A DNA stretch of 64,000 bases from Lytechinus pictus (Eukaryota): assembly GCF_037042905.1 (NCBI RefSeq), contig NC_087250.1:18104001-18168000 (forward strand), given 5' to 3'. The notes under the pieces are model-generated. The model searched no databases. It saw nothing but the letters and a program-made list of their open reading frames with translations, and was not told the origin of the DNA. How positions within the stretch are numbered: the first letter of the stretch is position 1; the number at the start of each line of letters is the position of its first letter. The position numbers and the translations under genes are program-made. Shown one piece after another: positions 12,068 to 23,900 of this stretch.

Positions 12068-14953
12068 ATGAAATTAAAAAGAACTCACTTGAATACAGAC
12101 TTTTCAAGTAAAAACATCAAATTTGCTATGTTAAATGCAAGATCGGTGAAGAACAAAACTGCTGAACTTGTCGACTACATTCTTGACCATGAGTTGGACA
12201 TTGTTGCTGTCTGTGAAGCCTGGCTCACACCGAACGATGCTGCTGTGATTGGTCAGCTGACACCACGCGGCTTTACCTTCAAGTACATTCCCAGAGCCGG
12301 TAAACGAGGAGGAGGGGTAGCTGTGCTGTTCAAGAGTCAACTAGATGTCAGAATCCTGGACTCTCCGAATATAACATCATTTGAAATGATCCAAATGTCG
12401 CTCAATCACAAACATAAAGTCTTGCATCTGATAAATGTGTATCGTCCACCTACTCCAACACAGTTTCAGACTTTCTTGGAGGAATTCTCTAATGTTCTTG
12501 ATGGACAGCTCCTGTGTTCTTCTGACTTGCTGATTGCAGGGGATTTCAACATACCAATGGACTTGTCAACTCCTACTTCTAAATCATTTTCTGAGTTGTT
12601 AACAGCCTACAACATGGTTCAACATATTAATGAGCCAACCCATAACCGTGGCCATGTTCTAGATTTGCTCATGACCCATAATGAGAATATTGTTAACCTT
12701 TGTAATATTTGTGTTGAAGAAGGCATACCTGACCATTCAGCACTGATGTGCGAATTAGGCCTTCCAAAACAAACCAACCAGAAGAAAATAGTAACAACAC
12801 GAAATTTGAAATCTGTTGACCCGAAAGAGTTTGCAGATGACACCCATGTTAAGTCTCTTATATCAGGTTGTTTACATGTTAATGGTGTCGATGAAGAAGT
12901 GGATATGTATAATACCTTACTCAGCTCTGCTCTTGATAAGTTGGCACCTGAGAAGCAGCTGCAGGTTACAATTCACCCCAATACCGATTGGTACACCCCA
13001 GAAATTACTCAAGAAAAATTGATTCGAAGACAATTTGAAAGACGATTTAGGTCCACAAGGTTGGAGATTCACAAGCAGATATATCGTGACCAAAAGCAAC
13101 GTGTCAATACTTTGATAAAGAATGCTAAGTTACAATACCATTCGAAAAAGATTGAGGATTGTGTGAAAGACACAAAAAAATTGTACAAAGTTGCCAATGA
13201 TTTGCTTAACAGGAAACAAAAATCTCCTTTACCAGAACATCTCACTCATGGTGATCAGGCTGAGCTAGCAAATTGCTTCGATCAGTATTTTGTAGATAAG
13301 ATTCTAACAATCCGGCAGTGCCTTTTAACTCCTGCCTTACACTCAAATGACACTGTTAGCGAAATTAAGTCAGAATTGAGGGAATTTCGACCTGTCACTA
13401 TCAGTGTGATTGAAGTATTAATAAAAAATTATCCAAACAAATCATGTGAACTTGACCCAATCCCAACAGATTTGGTTAAGAAATGTTCCACAGTTCTGTT
13501 GCCTGTCATTACTAGAATAGTAAATACAAGTCTTAGTTCGGGAGTTGTACCACAGGTCTGTAAAAAAGCTGTCATCCATCCGACGCTAAAAAAATCAGGC
13601 TTAGATCAAGAGTGTTTGAAAAATTACCGCCCGATATCAAACCTGTCTTTTTTAGGTAAACTACTGGAAAGGGTTGTTTTCTCACAACTAACATCATATT
13701 TACAAGATAATGAGTTACTTGACCCACATCAATCCGCGTACAAGCCTGGTCATAGTGTAGAAACACTACTAGTTAACTTAACAGATACTATTTATAGAGA
13801 AATGGATAATGGCAACATTACAGCACTCATTATGCTTGATATGAGTTCAGCATTTGACACAGTAGATCACACTATCCTAATTGAAAGGCTGAACTCATTA
13901 GGTATCAAGGGGACTTCCCTTGCTTGGTTCATATCCTATCTATCAGAACGATCTCAATGTGTTAGAATCGGTAGTTCTATCTCAGGTTTAACTATTCTGA
14001 AGTTTGGGGTACCCCAGGGCTCTGTTGGAGGTCCACTGCTCTATTCCCTCTATATGCAACCAATCAGCAAGATATTTCGTAAACATGGCATAAAACACCA
14101 TTGTTATGCCGACGACATACAACTCTATTTGTCTTTTCAACCCTCAATGTCATCACTGAACTCTGCTATCACAAAACTTGAAGCATGTCTACAAGACCTT
14201 AAGACATGGCTTGTATCTAATTGCCTGAAACTGAATGATGATAAATCAGAATTCTTAATACTTGGATCGAAGTTTATGCTTAGTAAAATTGACTTTCAGT
14301 CATGTCATGTCCATCTTGGTAGCTCTTGTATCACTCCGTCTAAAACAGCCCGCAATCTTGGGGTTATATTTCATCAGGAAATGACTTTTCGCAACCATAT
14401 CACTCAAGTCCAACAAAATGTCAGATATCAACTACGTAATTTGAGTTTCATCAGAAAGTCACTGTCTAAACCTGCAGCCGAGATACTCATCCATGCTTTA
14501 ATTTCATTCCGTTTAGATTTTTCAAACTCATTGTTCTGTAACCTCCCACAAAAAGATTTGACAAAACTTCAACGTCTACAAAACTCTGCTGCCCGTCTCC
14601 TAACTTACACTAAAAAGTATGACTCCATCTCGCCAATCCTCCAGTCCTTACATTGGCTGCCTGTTGGTAAAAGAATCACCTTCAATTTTTTTTTACTAAT
14701 ACATCATTCAATTTATTCTCTCTTCCCCACATATCTCAGCAGCTCTATTTCAAAATATCAACCTTCGCGTAGTCTTCGCTCATCATCTGATGCTCTATTG
14801 CTCCAGACACCCAGAACAAAACACAAATGGGGGGACCATGCATTCTCTGTTATAGAACCAAAGCTATGGAATCAACTGCCTATCCAATTACGCCAAATTT
14901 CATCAACAGAAACATTCAAGTCCCAGTTGAAAACTTATTTAATCTCCCATTAA
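12068..14953 (+). CDS. LINE ORF2: apurinic endonuclease plus reverse transcriptase (961 aa from the internal Met)
   Basis: NARS, EAW, YRPP, GDFN and DH (APE motifs); NYRPISNL, LDMSSAFDTVDH, GVPQGS and YADD (RT motifs). Confidence 0.95.
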   Translation: MKLKRTHLNTDFSSKNIKFAMLNARSVKNKTAELVDYILDHELDIVAVCEAWLTPNDAAVIGQLTPRGFTFKYIPRAGKRGGGVAVLFKSQLDVRILDSPNITSFEMIQMSLNHKHKVLHLINVYRPPTPTQFQTFLEEFSNVLDGQLLCSSDLLIAGDFNIPMDLSTPTSKSFSELLTAYNMVQHINEPTHNRGHVLDLLMTHNENIVNLCNICVEEGIPDHSALMCELGLPKQTNQKKIVTTRNLKSVDPKEFADDTHVKSLISGCLHVNGVDEEVDMYNTLLSSALDKLAPEKQLQVTIHPNTDWYTPEITQEKLIRRQFERRFRSTRLEIHKQIYRDQKQRVNTLIKNAKLQYHSKKIEDCVKDTKKLYKVANDLLNRKQKSPLPEHLTHGDQAELANCFDQYFVDKILTIRQCLLTPALHSNDTVSEIKSELREFRPVTISVIEVLIKNYPNKSCELDPIPTDLVKKCSTVLLPVITRIVNTSLSSGVVPQVCKKAVIHPTLKKSGLDQECLKNYRPISNLSFLGKLLERVVFSQLTSYLQDNELLDPHQSAYKPGHSVETLLVNLTDTIYREMDNGNITALIMLDMSSAFDTVDHTILIERLNSLGIKGTSLAWFISYLSERSQCVRIGSSISGLTILKFGVPQGSVGGPLLYSLYMQPISKIFRKHGIKHHCYADDIQLYLSFQPSMSSLNSAITKLEACLQDLKTWLVSNCLKLNDDKSEFLILGSKFMLSKIDFQSCHVHLGSSCITPSKTARNLGVIFHQEMTFRNHITQVQQNVRYQLRNLSFIRKSLSKPAAEILIHALISFRLDFSNSLFCNLPQKDLTKLQRLQNSAARLLTYTKKYDSISPILQSLHWLPVGKRITFNFFLLIHHSIYSLFPTYLSSSISKYQPSRSLRSSSDALLLQTPRTKHKWGDHAFSVIEPKLWNQLPIQLRQISSTETFKSQLKTYLISH

Positions 14954-15285
14954 CAATTTAATATTGTATTTATTCAGAAGAATTCAGATTCTATTCTTGT
15001 TTGTTTTCTATTGTTGTGTTTTGTGTTTATTTTCCTTGAAGCGCCATGAGCACCGAAAGGTGGACCTGTGCGCTATATAAGTAGCCACCATTATTATTAT
15101 TATTATTAATAAATCGAACTGATATCCAAACAAATTTAAATATGAAAGTGTAGGTGTAGGATAGGTATTGTATTTAAACTGTTAAACTGTTCTTGGTAGT
15201 GAAGAAGATATGAAAATGTATACCGATCAATTTGAAAACATCCCTTATGGGTTACGCATACACATTCTTGCAATTTCATTCACAG

Positions 15286-15583
15286 ATTATCAGTGTACCC
15301 GTCCAGGAATTCCTCTTGGCCTTGACGTCATAGATTCACAGCATCTCGAGGATCAGACCTACAAGTAAGTCACTGCAAGATTACACGGACCAGAGTGCTG
15401 GTAACCTTGAATTCATGACAAAGTGCAGTGGTTACAGATCGATTAATAAACACCCTCCTCGTTACTGGTCTCTCCATGCAGGGAAGTGCTAATGAAGATT
15501 ATTTCGTCACAGCTTTTACTTTGAAATACTCCCTCATAAGCACAGTATTGATAGTCTGTAACGATGAACTAGAACAAGTTAAG
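15286..15583 (+). pseudogene. Decayed F5/8 type C (discoidin) domain exon
   Basis: AG acceptor at 15284-15285; reads C..PLGL..ARLHG..CW*P*..QWLQID/[frameshift]..VTGLSMQG..FVTAFTLKYS..; AAG|GT donor; several stops and a frameshift. Confidence 0.72.
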
Positions 15584-16271
15584 GTGATACATTTACTTTC
15601 TGTATTTTGTTTCTTTGTGATATTGAGATGGAGTAAAGCAGATGCTATTATTGATACTACTTCAATGAAGGTTTAAACAAATAAATCAGCACTCAATGTC
15701 AAGGTCAAAGCAATAAATTTGCGTGGGTACTTGTATTTATTATTTCCATTATTGAGATTAAATACCGGTTTCATACAAGTTTCAGTATTTTCAATTTGAG
15801 TTTGGCGACTGCAGGTAGTTACTGTTCTGAGTAGCTAAATACAGTTGCTACGACCTCGTTGGGTTACGCTGCTGTGGAATCGAACATGTGCCATTCTCTT
15901 AACCCTATCTCTCGCTCTCTTTCTCATTGCTGTTTCCCAATTATTTTCCAGGTAACGCTGACGGTCCCTGTTACGGTACATTCTGGTAAATTACCAAAAT
16001 GTGGGCAAAGTGTTGTTGATCTTCGTGTCTATATATGTTTCTAACAAGACTGTCTTGACATCAGAGCATTTAGTGTTTACTAGGTCAGGCAATCAATGTG
16101 ATCGCTGCTGAGGTAAGTAATCTTGGAATAGAATTCGCTTGGATTGTGTTGTGAGCCTATTCATTCATGAAACACATCACACTCATTTAATTGCTTTAAA
16201 CGCTGTTGTCCCCCCCTTGTCATAAATTGACAGCCCCCCTTGTCATAAATTGACAGAACAAGGAAATATTA

Positions 16272-16510
16272 CACTGCAAAAGCACCGGTGTTGATTTAAC
16301 ACCAGCCCGAAATTTATATATGTCCACACCAAAGAAGTGTAAAACTACACCAGTTTGGTTTCGGTCTAACACCAAATAACTGTTTATACAACATCAAATA
16401 GTATTAAAACAGCATGGGTTTGATTCAAAACTGGTGTTTCAATACTTCTCTGGTGTGGACATATATAGATTCCGGGCTGGTGTTAAATCAACACCTGAGT
16501 TTTTGCAGTG
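16272..16510. mobile_element. Palindromic MITE, TA TSD
   Basis: TA|CACTGCAAAA..GGTGTTGATTTAACACCAGCCCG ... CGGGCTGGTGTTAAATCAACACC..TTTTGCAGTG|TA. Confidence 0.85.
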
Positions 16511-17357
16511 TACAATATTACAAAAACATGCTATGAACACAGGAATATCGAGTTGTATATAAATGCTTTTATTTCCCAATGTATAATAGCAGTTTATTGT
16601 CAAGATACAGAGATCAAGTTTTTTTCAAAGATTACAGTACACCAATCAAAATAAAGTACTACGTTGAAGCTTACCTTATTGTTTTGCCTCTCCATCCTCA
16701 AGATGTGAGTTCATAATAAAAAATCAAAATCTTGAGAAAGGTGTATGTTAATACGTTCAGCCTAATCACTTTGTTGTTGAATTTGTTTAAACCCAAATGA
16801 CCACTACACAAATATTCCGACTCCTTTAGCATCACAATTACACTAAGAAAAATACATGAGTACAATTCTAAACTACTTCAAACAAGTCAAATGAATCGTA
16901 AAATTAAACAAAATAATAATCATATATAAGCGTCTGACTCACCTCAAACTTGTGTAACATACCCAAAATCATAAAAGATTCTCAAATCAATTTATATGTA
17001 CTTGTAAACGATATGGAATAGCATTGATATGTAATCATTATTTATATACAGCTTGTTCAGAAAATACTATCGAACCATCGTCGCAGAAGCTTTATCACCA
17101 TCAGAATGATAATTTTATGAACGTCATAATGCATGATCATTGGATATAAAGCGATCATTTCAGCTGCAATACACATTTCTACATAGCTTGTCTCTACAAC
17201 ATCACGAAGCGTATATCGAATACCAATATTATATTCACAAGTAATTTTGAATACGCAGCTGTATTTGATTTTGATTGTCGATTGACTGTCTATTTCCCTT
17301 TTGTTTAATATTAGATATACCTTCGGGGTACATTTTATGAAAACAAGGATAACCATA

Positions 17358-17596
17358 CACTGTAAAAAATGTGGTGTTAAAACTAACACCAATTGGTGTT
17401 AATAGAGGACCACACCTTGAGGTGTTAAAATAACACCCTAGAGATTGAATATAACACCAAAGTGTGTAAATGTAACAACCATAGGTGTTGTAATAACACC
17501 TATAGATGTAAAACTAACACCACCAATTTAACACCGGTGTAAAATAACTGGTGTGGTTATCTATGTACACCGGTTAACACCACAGTTTTTGCTGTG
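17358..17596. mobile_element. Related MITE with internal AACACC/GGTGTT repeats, TA TSD
   Basis: TA|CACTGTAAAAAATGTGGTGTTAA ... TTAACACCACAGTTTTTGCTGTG|TA. Confidence 0.75.
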
Positions 17597-18755
17597 TAGA
17601 ACACATTACGGTATACTTTTTTAATATAAGTTATGAATAGTAGAGAGCATACAAATTGCGTGTGACATCCTTTGTTTTGGAAATCCCCTCATTGTTTCTG
17701 TTGCCAGCTATTCCTGTTCATACTCTAAAAACATTGTGTGTCTCGTGTGGATGGTACAGAGTAAAGACGCGTTCCAGTGGATGTATATTTCTATAAAACA
17801 TTTTCATCACGTTCAAAATTTGTTTTCTTGTTTGTCTTGTTGATATAAAATGATTCAGCAAGTGTGGAATTACCTGAAAATGAAAGGGAATAATCATTGT
17901 TTATATTTTTCTGATAGGCTACCACTTAAGTCGTAAGAATATTCTATATCTTACATTGAAAACATGAATAACCAAGAGTGTGTGATAACTATTTACAAAT
18001 TAAAGCAGCATCGAAATATTTACAAAGAAACGATATAATCCTTTTTCTAAGATTTGTATGCTCGCTTATGATTTTAGTCAAGTTCAAGTTCAAGTTTTAT
18101 TTTTCATTTCCATTATCAATATTATAAGCAAATACAAATAAAACATACATTATAAATATAAACAAATACAAATGAAATATGATAACAATGATTACAAATC
18201 AAATACAATTTCCAAAATATTTGTAAAATAGATTAACAGAATCTGATATGGAAATGAGTCACATTGTGAAACGTTTACCAAAAACTTTTACACGTTAGAT
18301 GGCCTTCAAATCTAAATTCAAAGGAATGATTAATGACATTGTAGTTAGGTCAAATGAATCAGATGATATGAATATAACATTAATAAACATAAATTGTCAA
18401 CCAGGTGGTACCTTTCATAAAATAAACAACTTGAAACTTGCTATTCGAACTGAGAATATCGGAGTTGGTTGTAACATAGGTCGATCGACGTTTAACATCT
18501 AAATAAAAGGCTAATAAGGATTACAAAAAACAGGATATATAAACAATAAAATGAAAGATTATAAACACCGAACAAATATATTTAAGTAAATCTGCAAAAA
18601 TCGTAGACTTGAAATTTGTAAATCTTTCATTGATACTACCTTACCGAATGACCGGGCCCAATGACTGAAGAAGGAAGCTAAGATTTGATACAGTATGTAT
18701 CATAATGACAAATCTGCCTTTTATATAATTATATTTCTATCTTTCATAAAATGGT

Positions 18756-18967
18756 AAGTCAAAAGGGGCCTAAGCTTTCGATCCTAGCAGAATCTTCGCG
18801 TCGGAGGCAAAATGAAAAAAAAAAAAAAAAAAACATTCTTTTTTTCATTTTGCCTCCGACGCGAAGATTCTGCTAGGATCGAAAGCTTAGGCCCCTTTTG
18901 ACTTTCTAATTTACTCCATTGGCTCTTTTTTATTAGATAAGCAGTTTTCAGCAGCTTCTTTTTGCCA
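18756..18967. mobile_element. Penelope-like pLTR fragment with an inverted duplication and a hammerhead-like motif
   Basis: Perfect 66-bp inverted arms (18756-18821 / 18839-18904); 14-bp direct repeat TTTCATAAAATGGT at 18742-18755 and 18968-18981. Confidence 0.65.
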
Positions 18968-19835
18968 TTTCATAAAATGGTGTATAATCAAGCAGAAAAT
19001 AACTATTTTTACTACGAGATTTCACGCAGTATGTTAGATATGCAAGTATACACGTCATTTAAAAGAAAATAATCATTCTTTAATCATTTTACACAAATCT
19101 CCTATACTCTGTGCACTTAATTTCTATATTTTACATTGCAAAATTCAAGAAAATAAGGAAACCACGAAAGAGTCAGAATTTTATTAAATGTCACTACTGT
19201 TTTACACACTCGCGAACACAAACAAAAAAAGTTTTCATATAATGCATTCTTGCAGGACTTCAGGGCCTACATTGTAACTTATGACAAAAGACTTAAGACA
19301 AAACATTTTTAATAATGCAACATAAATTGTATTTATAAAGTCTAGAAAGTGGTAAGTCAGATTCTTGGATAATAGTGCTATACAACTTTCTTAGATTTAG
19401 AAAGAGTTACCTAAATTATGAGCTCTGTATCTACTTTAGATATAAAACATTACGACTAGTAAGGAGTTGCTTATACTATTGCAGACACTTCGAGATAAAT
19501 AGCTGCATGTATAAACAGGTGGCCTTCAAACTTCCATACATACATTCTCAAAATATTGGTCAATGTATAATACTCATATGGTATGCAATTATTTTCATTT
19601 TCTGTCATTTCAAAATCAGTTGTTATTTTTTTGTTTACTTTATTATTTTATTGTCTTACATCGTAACCAGTATTACAAGTTGTAAAAACCACTGATTTCC
19701 ATTATCACTGTTATAATTATTTTCATGTTGTAAGCATTGTTAAGCTACATGTATGCTTGTACCCCTCTGATAAGCCCTCTGCTTTTCAAGGGGCTCACAT
19801 GTTATGGATAAATGCCTCATTAAATTGTAAACCCT

Positions 19836-19854
19836 ATATATTATATAGATATAT

Positions 19855-19910
<56 letters not shown>

Positions 19911-19911
19911 A
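19836..19911. repeat. (TA)n(TG)n microsatellite
   Basis: Direct reading. Confidence 0.95.
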
Positions 19912-20687
19912 CACATGAAGGTGGAGTAAATGAAATAAATGAATGTTGTAATTCTAACATTGTATGTACATATAATTCTCAGCATAATATGAGTTTTCCC
20001 AGTTGGAGATCATGTCTGTCAAAGATAACAATTTTGACACAGAAAATACTATTCAACATCATATTAAATATTATTTATACTTGCAGCTACAAAATAATTC
20101 ATTCACAACCTTTGCCAACCACAAGCGAACGATTAAATGAAGCTACTTGTTGCTATAACACTTTATAGAATATGTCATGAACATCGACGTATCACCAGCA
20201 TGAACCCGCTCTATACACCTACATGGTACTATCTATCATGTGGTAATTAAAATATGTATTTTCTTTCAATTCCAAAGTCACATATTCCTAAATTCTTGAC
20301 GAATGGTTTATGTGCATTTAATATGAATAATCTATATTACACAGAGTAATACAAATTAAATAGAGTTCCTTAAACCTTACAAGAACAATAACATTTAATT
20401 TCGACATTACTGTCATGCACATTTTACAAAGCTAAAAAGACATACGCACCCCTGTATGCTTTGATAGTACAGAGTGAGTATAACTTTCATTTTACTGGAA
20501 AAGATCACCAAAGGCGCTCCTTTAACAGTCTTGAAAATAGGTACCTGACATGCAGTAACGAAACAAGCTGAATTAAAGTGTTAACAAAACTTTCCCCTCC
20601 AGTTCCTACTTTAGAAGACATGGAAGATTCGTAGGAAATTAGTTGAGCCTATTTGAGCCTATGAGGATCGACTACACTCTATCATGT

Positions 20688-20985
20688 CTAAGTGTCGTGA
20701 AATATGAATTCAGCTTCATTTCTTAACCCAACGGTCTCTAAAGCAAGTTGAAGTTTTTTAACCTGTCCACTAGGTCGGACGCGCTTTCTCCAGTCTTGAA
20801 GCATCTCTTTAAGACCTGCATTCGAGGCAATACTTGCAGAAGAGTCTGCTCTGGAAAGATACTTGCTGACCATCGAGTGGGAGAAACCTAGCTGGTAACC
20901 AAGCTCACTTGCATCCTTTATTCCAGAGACTAAACCAGTCAACACCTGTATCACGTCGTTCGAAACGAACCTCAATCGGCCTCTT
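20688..20985 (-). CDS. Last coding exon: C-terminal death domain (DD5)
   Basis: ..ASELGYQLGFS..LKEMLQDWRKR..KLQLALETVGLRNEAE..*; phase-2 acceptor. Confidence 0.85.
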
Positions 20986-23900
20986 CTGAATGTGGATTAA
21001 ACAAAGTGCAGTCTGAGTTCAGTCAAGTTAGAGTAGACACTTCAAATCACTAATTTCATTGGAAAATATTTTAAATTCAAGGTCAATGTCCACATGATCA
21101 TCAAAGATCTTTATCTGATACGTTCAGTTCAATATTTCAAACCAACGCAAAAAGTGATCACGCTGAGAATTGTCAACATATGATAGAAAAGCGCATGTGG
21201 GACTGTGTTTTATTGTTTGGCGAAATGCATAATTAACCAGCAGCAACAATAAAATTCTTAATTTGCTAATTGGTAAGCAATGACGCATCTACAACCATAA
21301 TCATTTTGCACATGATTATGTTTCGTTTATTGGTGGTTATTTCCTTGCATTTGTGCAAATTCTTTCTCGTCATCACAACTGGGGTTTATTTTTGATCCAC
21401 ACAATCTGCATCATTATGTAAAAATTTGGAGCTACTATACTGTATAATTGAAATACGGACAAAATTCACCTTCCAATTCTATTTAAAAAATAAAAGTAAT
21501 CATTAAATGAATGGTACAAAATACTAATCCATGATTTCATGGAATCTGTTCGTATTCCTTTTCATCAACTTGGCATTTTGTACCGAAATAATTTTGCATA
21601 TATTTTCCATCTAATAAGGAAAAAAAACACGTAGGTGATCATAAAATTGCATTTGTGAAATGTCATGTTTTTAAAATTTGAATAACAATTTTTTTCAGAG
21701 TTCTTTATAAAAAATCATTCTAAAAATGATTCATTTGTCGGTTATCTTAAATTTTTGGCCAAATTGTCGCATTTCAACTATTTTTCTGTAACTACGTAAA
21801 GTTCTAAACTCATACGTGTTGAAAGATTTACATTCTCTTACCTTTGTGTTTTTTCGTAATCAGGTTCCACTGTTAAAGAAAAAAGAAAGCCAACAAAGTT
21901 CTGGATTTAAGTACTCCACAAGCTTATAAATGCACCATAAAATATTCATTTCTCTTAATGGAATGATCTATTCCAAAGATGATTTCGTTATGGATTTTTT
22001 TGTCAAGTCAAGAACATGATGCCTGATACATCATTAGCATTCTTTTTGACGTGATATCATGCGAATAGAATGGAAATCAATATGATTGTTTGAGTACTCT
22101 TACATTCAAAGTGCAATTAGCAAAATTTCTNNNNNNNNNNNNNNNNNNNNNNNNNNNNNNNNNNNNNNNNNNNNNNNNNNNNNNNNNNNNNNNNNNNNNN
22201 NNNNNNNNNNNNNNNNNNNNNNNNNNNNNNNNNNNNNNNNNNNNNNNNNNNNNNNNNNNNNNNNNNNNNNNNNNNNNNNNNNNNNNNNNNNNNNNNNNNN
22301 NNNNNNNNNNNNNNNNNNNNNNNGGAAATCTGACTTTGATCGATAATTTCTCCTAGGTTTTAGTGAATATTACTGTGTGATTGATACCAAATCATTTAAT
22401 TCACTTTAAAATGATACCCTACATAATATGATTATGGTTCACATAGAGGTGCAGTGCCTCGAAATGTGGGGCAATGTCAAAATTCAAAGTTGCAAAATGA
22501 CACAATATTGAAAGTCACTGTTCTTTTTTTTTGTGATTAAGGTATCAAAGAAAAGAGCAGATATTGAACTTTTTAGTCATGTGATTTTCTTTTTGAAATT
22601 CAGATACCCCCCGCCAAATGAGTTTTTGGTATCCTTTCTTCAAATTGTTTTTGCTCACTCATGCTTGAATGAGGAATTATCTAAGTAATATCAGATGAAA
22701 ATTTGGGTTTTTTAGCTTTACATTGGTAGGTCATTTGTCTATTTTATTTATGATTAAGTTATGATAAATCATCGCTAAATCTCGGTTTCGTTTTTTCTGG
22801 GACGCACTGTATATAGATATAGATATAAAATGACTGTGTTCGATGGTGTTTTTATTTTAAAAATCATCCGTCTTCATTCACATATGATCTTTCTTTTTTC
22901 ACATACCTTCTTTAGAGATATTAATTTCTTGTTCTGCAAGTGTGACCTGGCCTTGCTCAATGGAAACACGAACAATCTTATCATCGGTTGAGGGCGGTAG
23001 AATGATGTTGATAGTATTACAACCTCCAGATAGTAGGGAACACACATGAACCTTTATGAATAAAGAGATTGACAATGGAATCTGATAATTGACATGAACT
23101 GCTTTTAATAAAATACATTGTTTACAATCATCATTTTATCTTTGTCGAACATTTTTGGCTCGTGATTTTTTTTTCTGCATCATTCTGTAGAGACCACATT
23201 ATTTACTTTCCTTAAAAAATTGGATCAAGTTTTTAGAAGATGATAGTGATTATTACAAGCGATTCTAGGGAGGATAGTAAGAACATTTTCTTAGTAATAA
23301 TAGATGGGATTTATAAAGCGCCAAATCCACTCTGCGGCAGAGTGCTCAAGGCGCCTATTAAAGTTAGGTGGTAAGCGCTTAGTAAATTTGCTTCACAGTA
23401 ATATAGATATAGATATGCTACATGAAATCAAAGAGGGGTGACAGAAAAGTTCTTCGGATGCTTACAGTTTCTTGGGTCTTCTCAGAGCCAGTTAGGCATG
23501 AAATCTTGATGTCATCTTCAGCAGATTCCAAATTAAATTTGATTACAGTCGTGACTTCATAGAATGGTTCTGATAAGCTATAATTCTGTCCTCTTACACC
23601 CTGGAAAGAAACGTTAAAAATCTAGATATCATGTGTGATTCACTGTTTGGATAAAATGTATGCATGTATCAAGGAAGATGCGTTTATTGTATAATCAATA
23701 AATAAACACAGACACACTTTTTTTTTTTCAATACACACGCATCCCTCTCTCACACACGCACACCCTCATCCACCCACATACACACCCACATATATATTAC
23801 TGATACACGATCAAATTTTCATGTACTTGAGAGCATCTCTTACAGATGCGACAAGTTTTGCTTCTTTAATGTGTTTAAAGGGTCAGATTTTGCTATTGTA

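Larger units (their letters stand above)
11582..15107 (+). mobile_element. Near full-length L2/CR1-group LINE (5' UTR boundary uncertain, perhaps ~11190)
   Basis: APE and RT ORF; 3' end GCGCCATGAGCAC..GTGCGCTATATAA followed by (ATT)n. Confidence 0.92.

Noticed and set aside
7200-22809. Inverted Tc1-like arms bounding a 15.6-kb composite transposon
   Set aside because: The right arm sits in an intron of the ANK gene next to a gap, the arms are diverged, and a third related end occurs at 61264; independent copies are more parsimonious.
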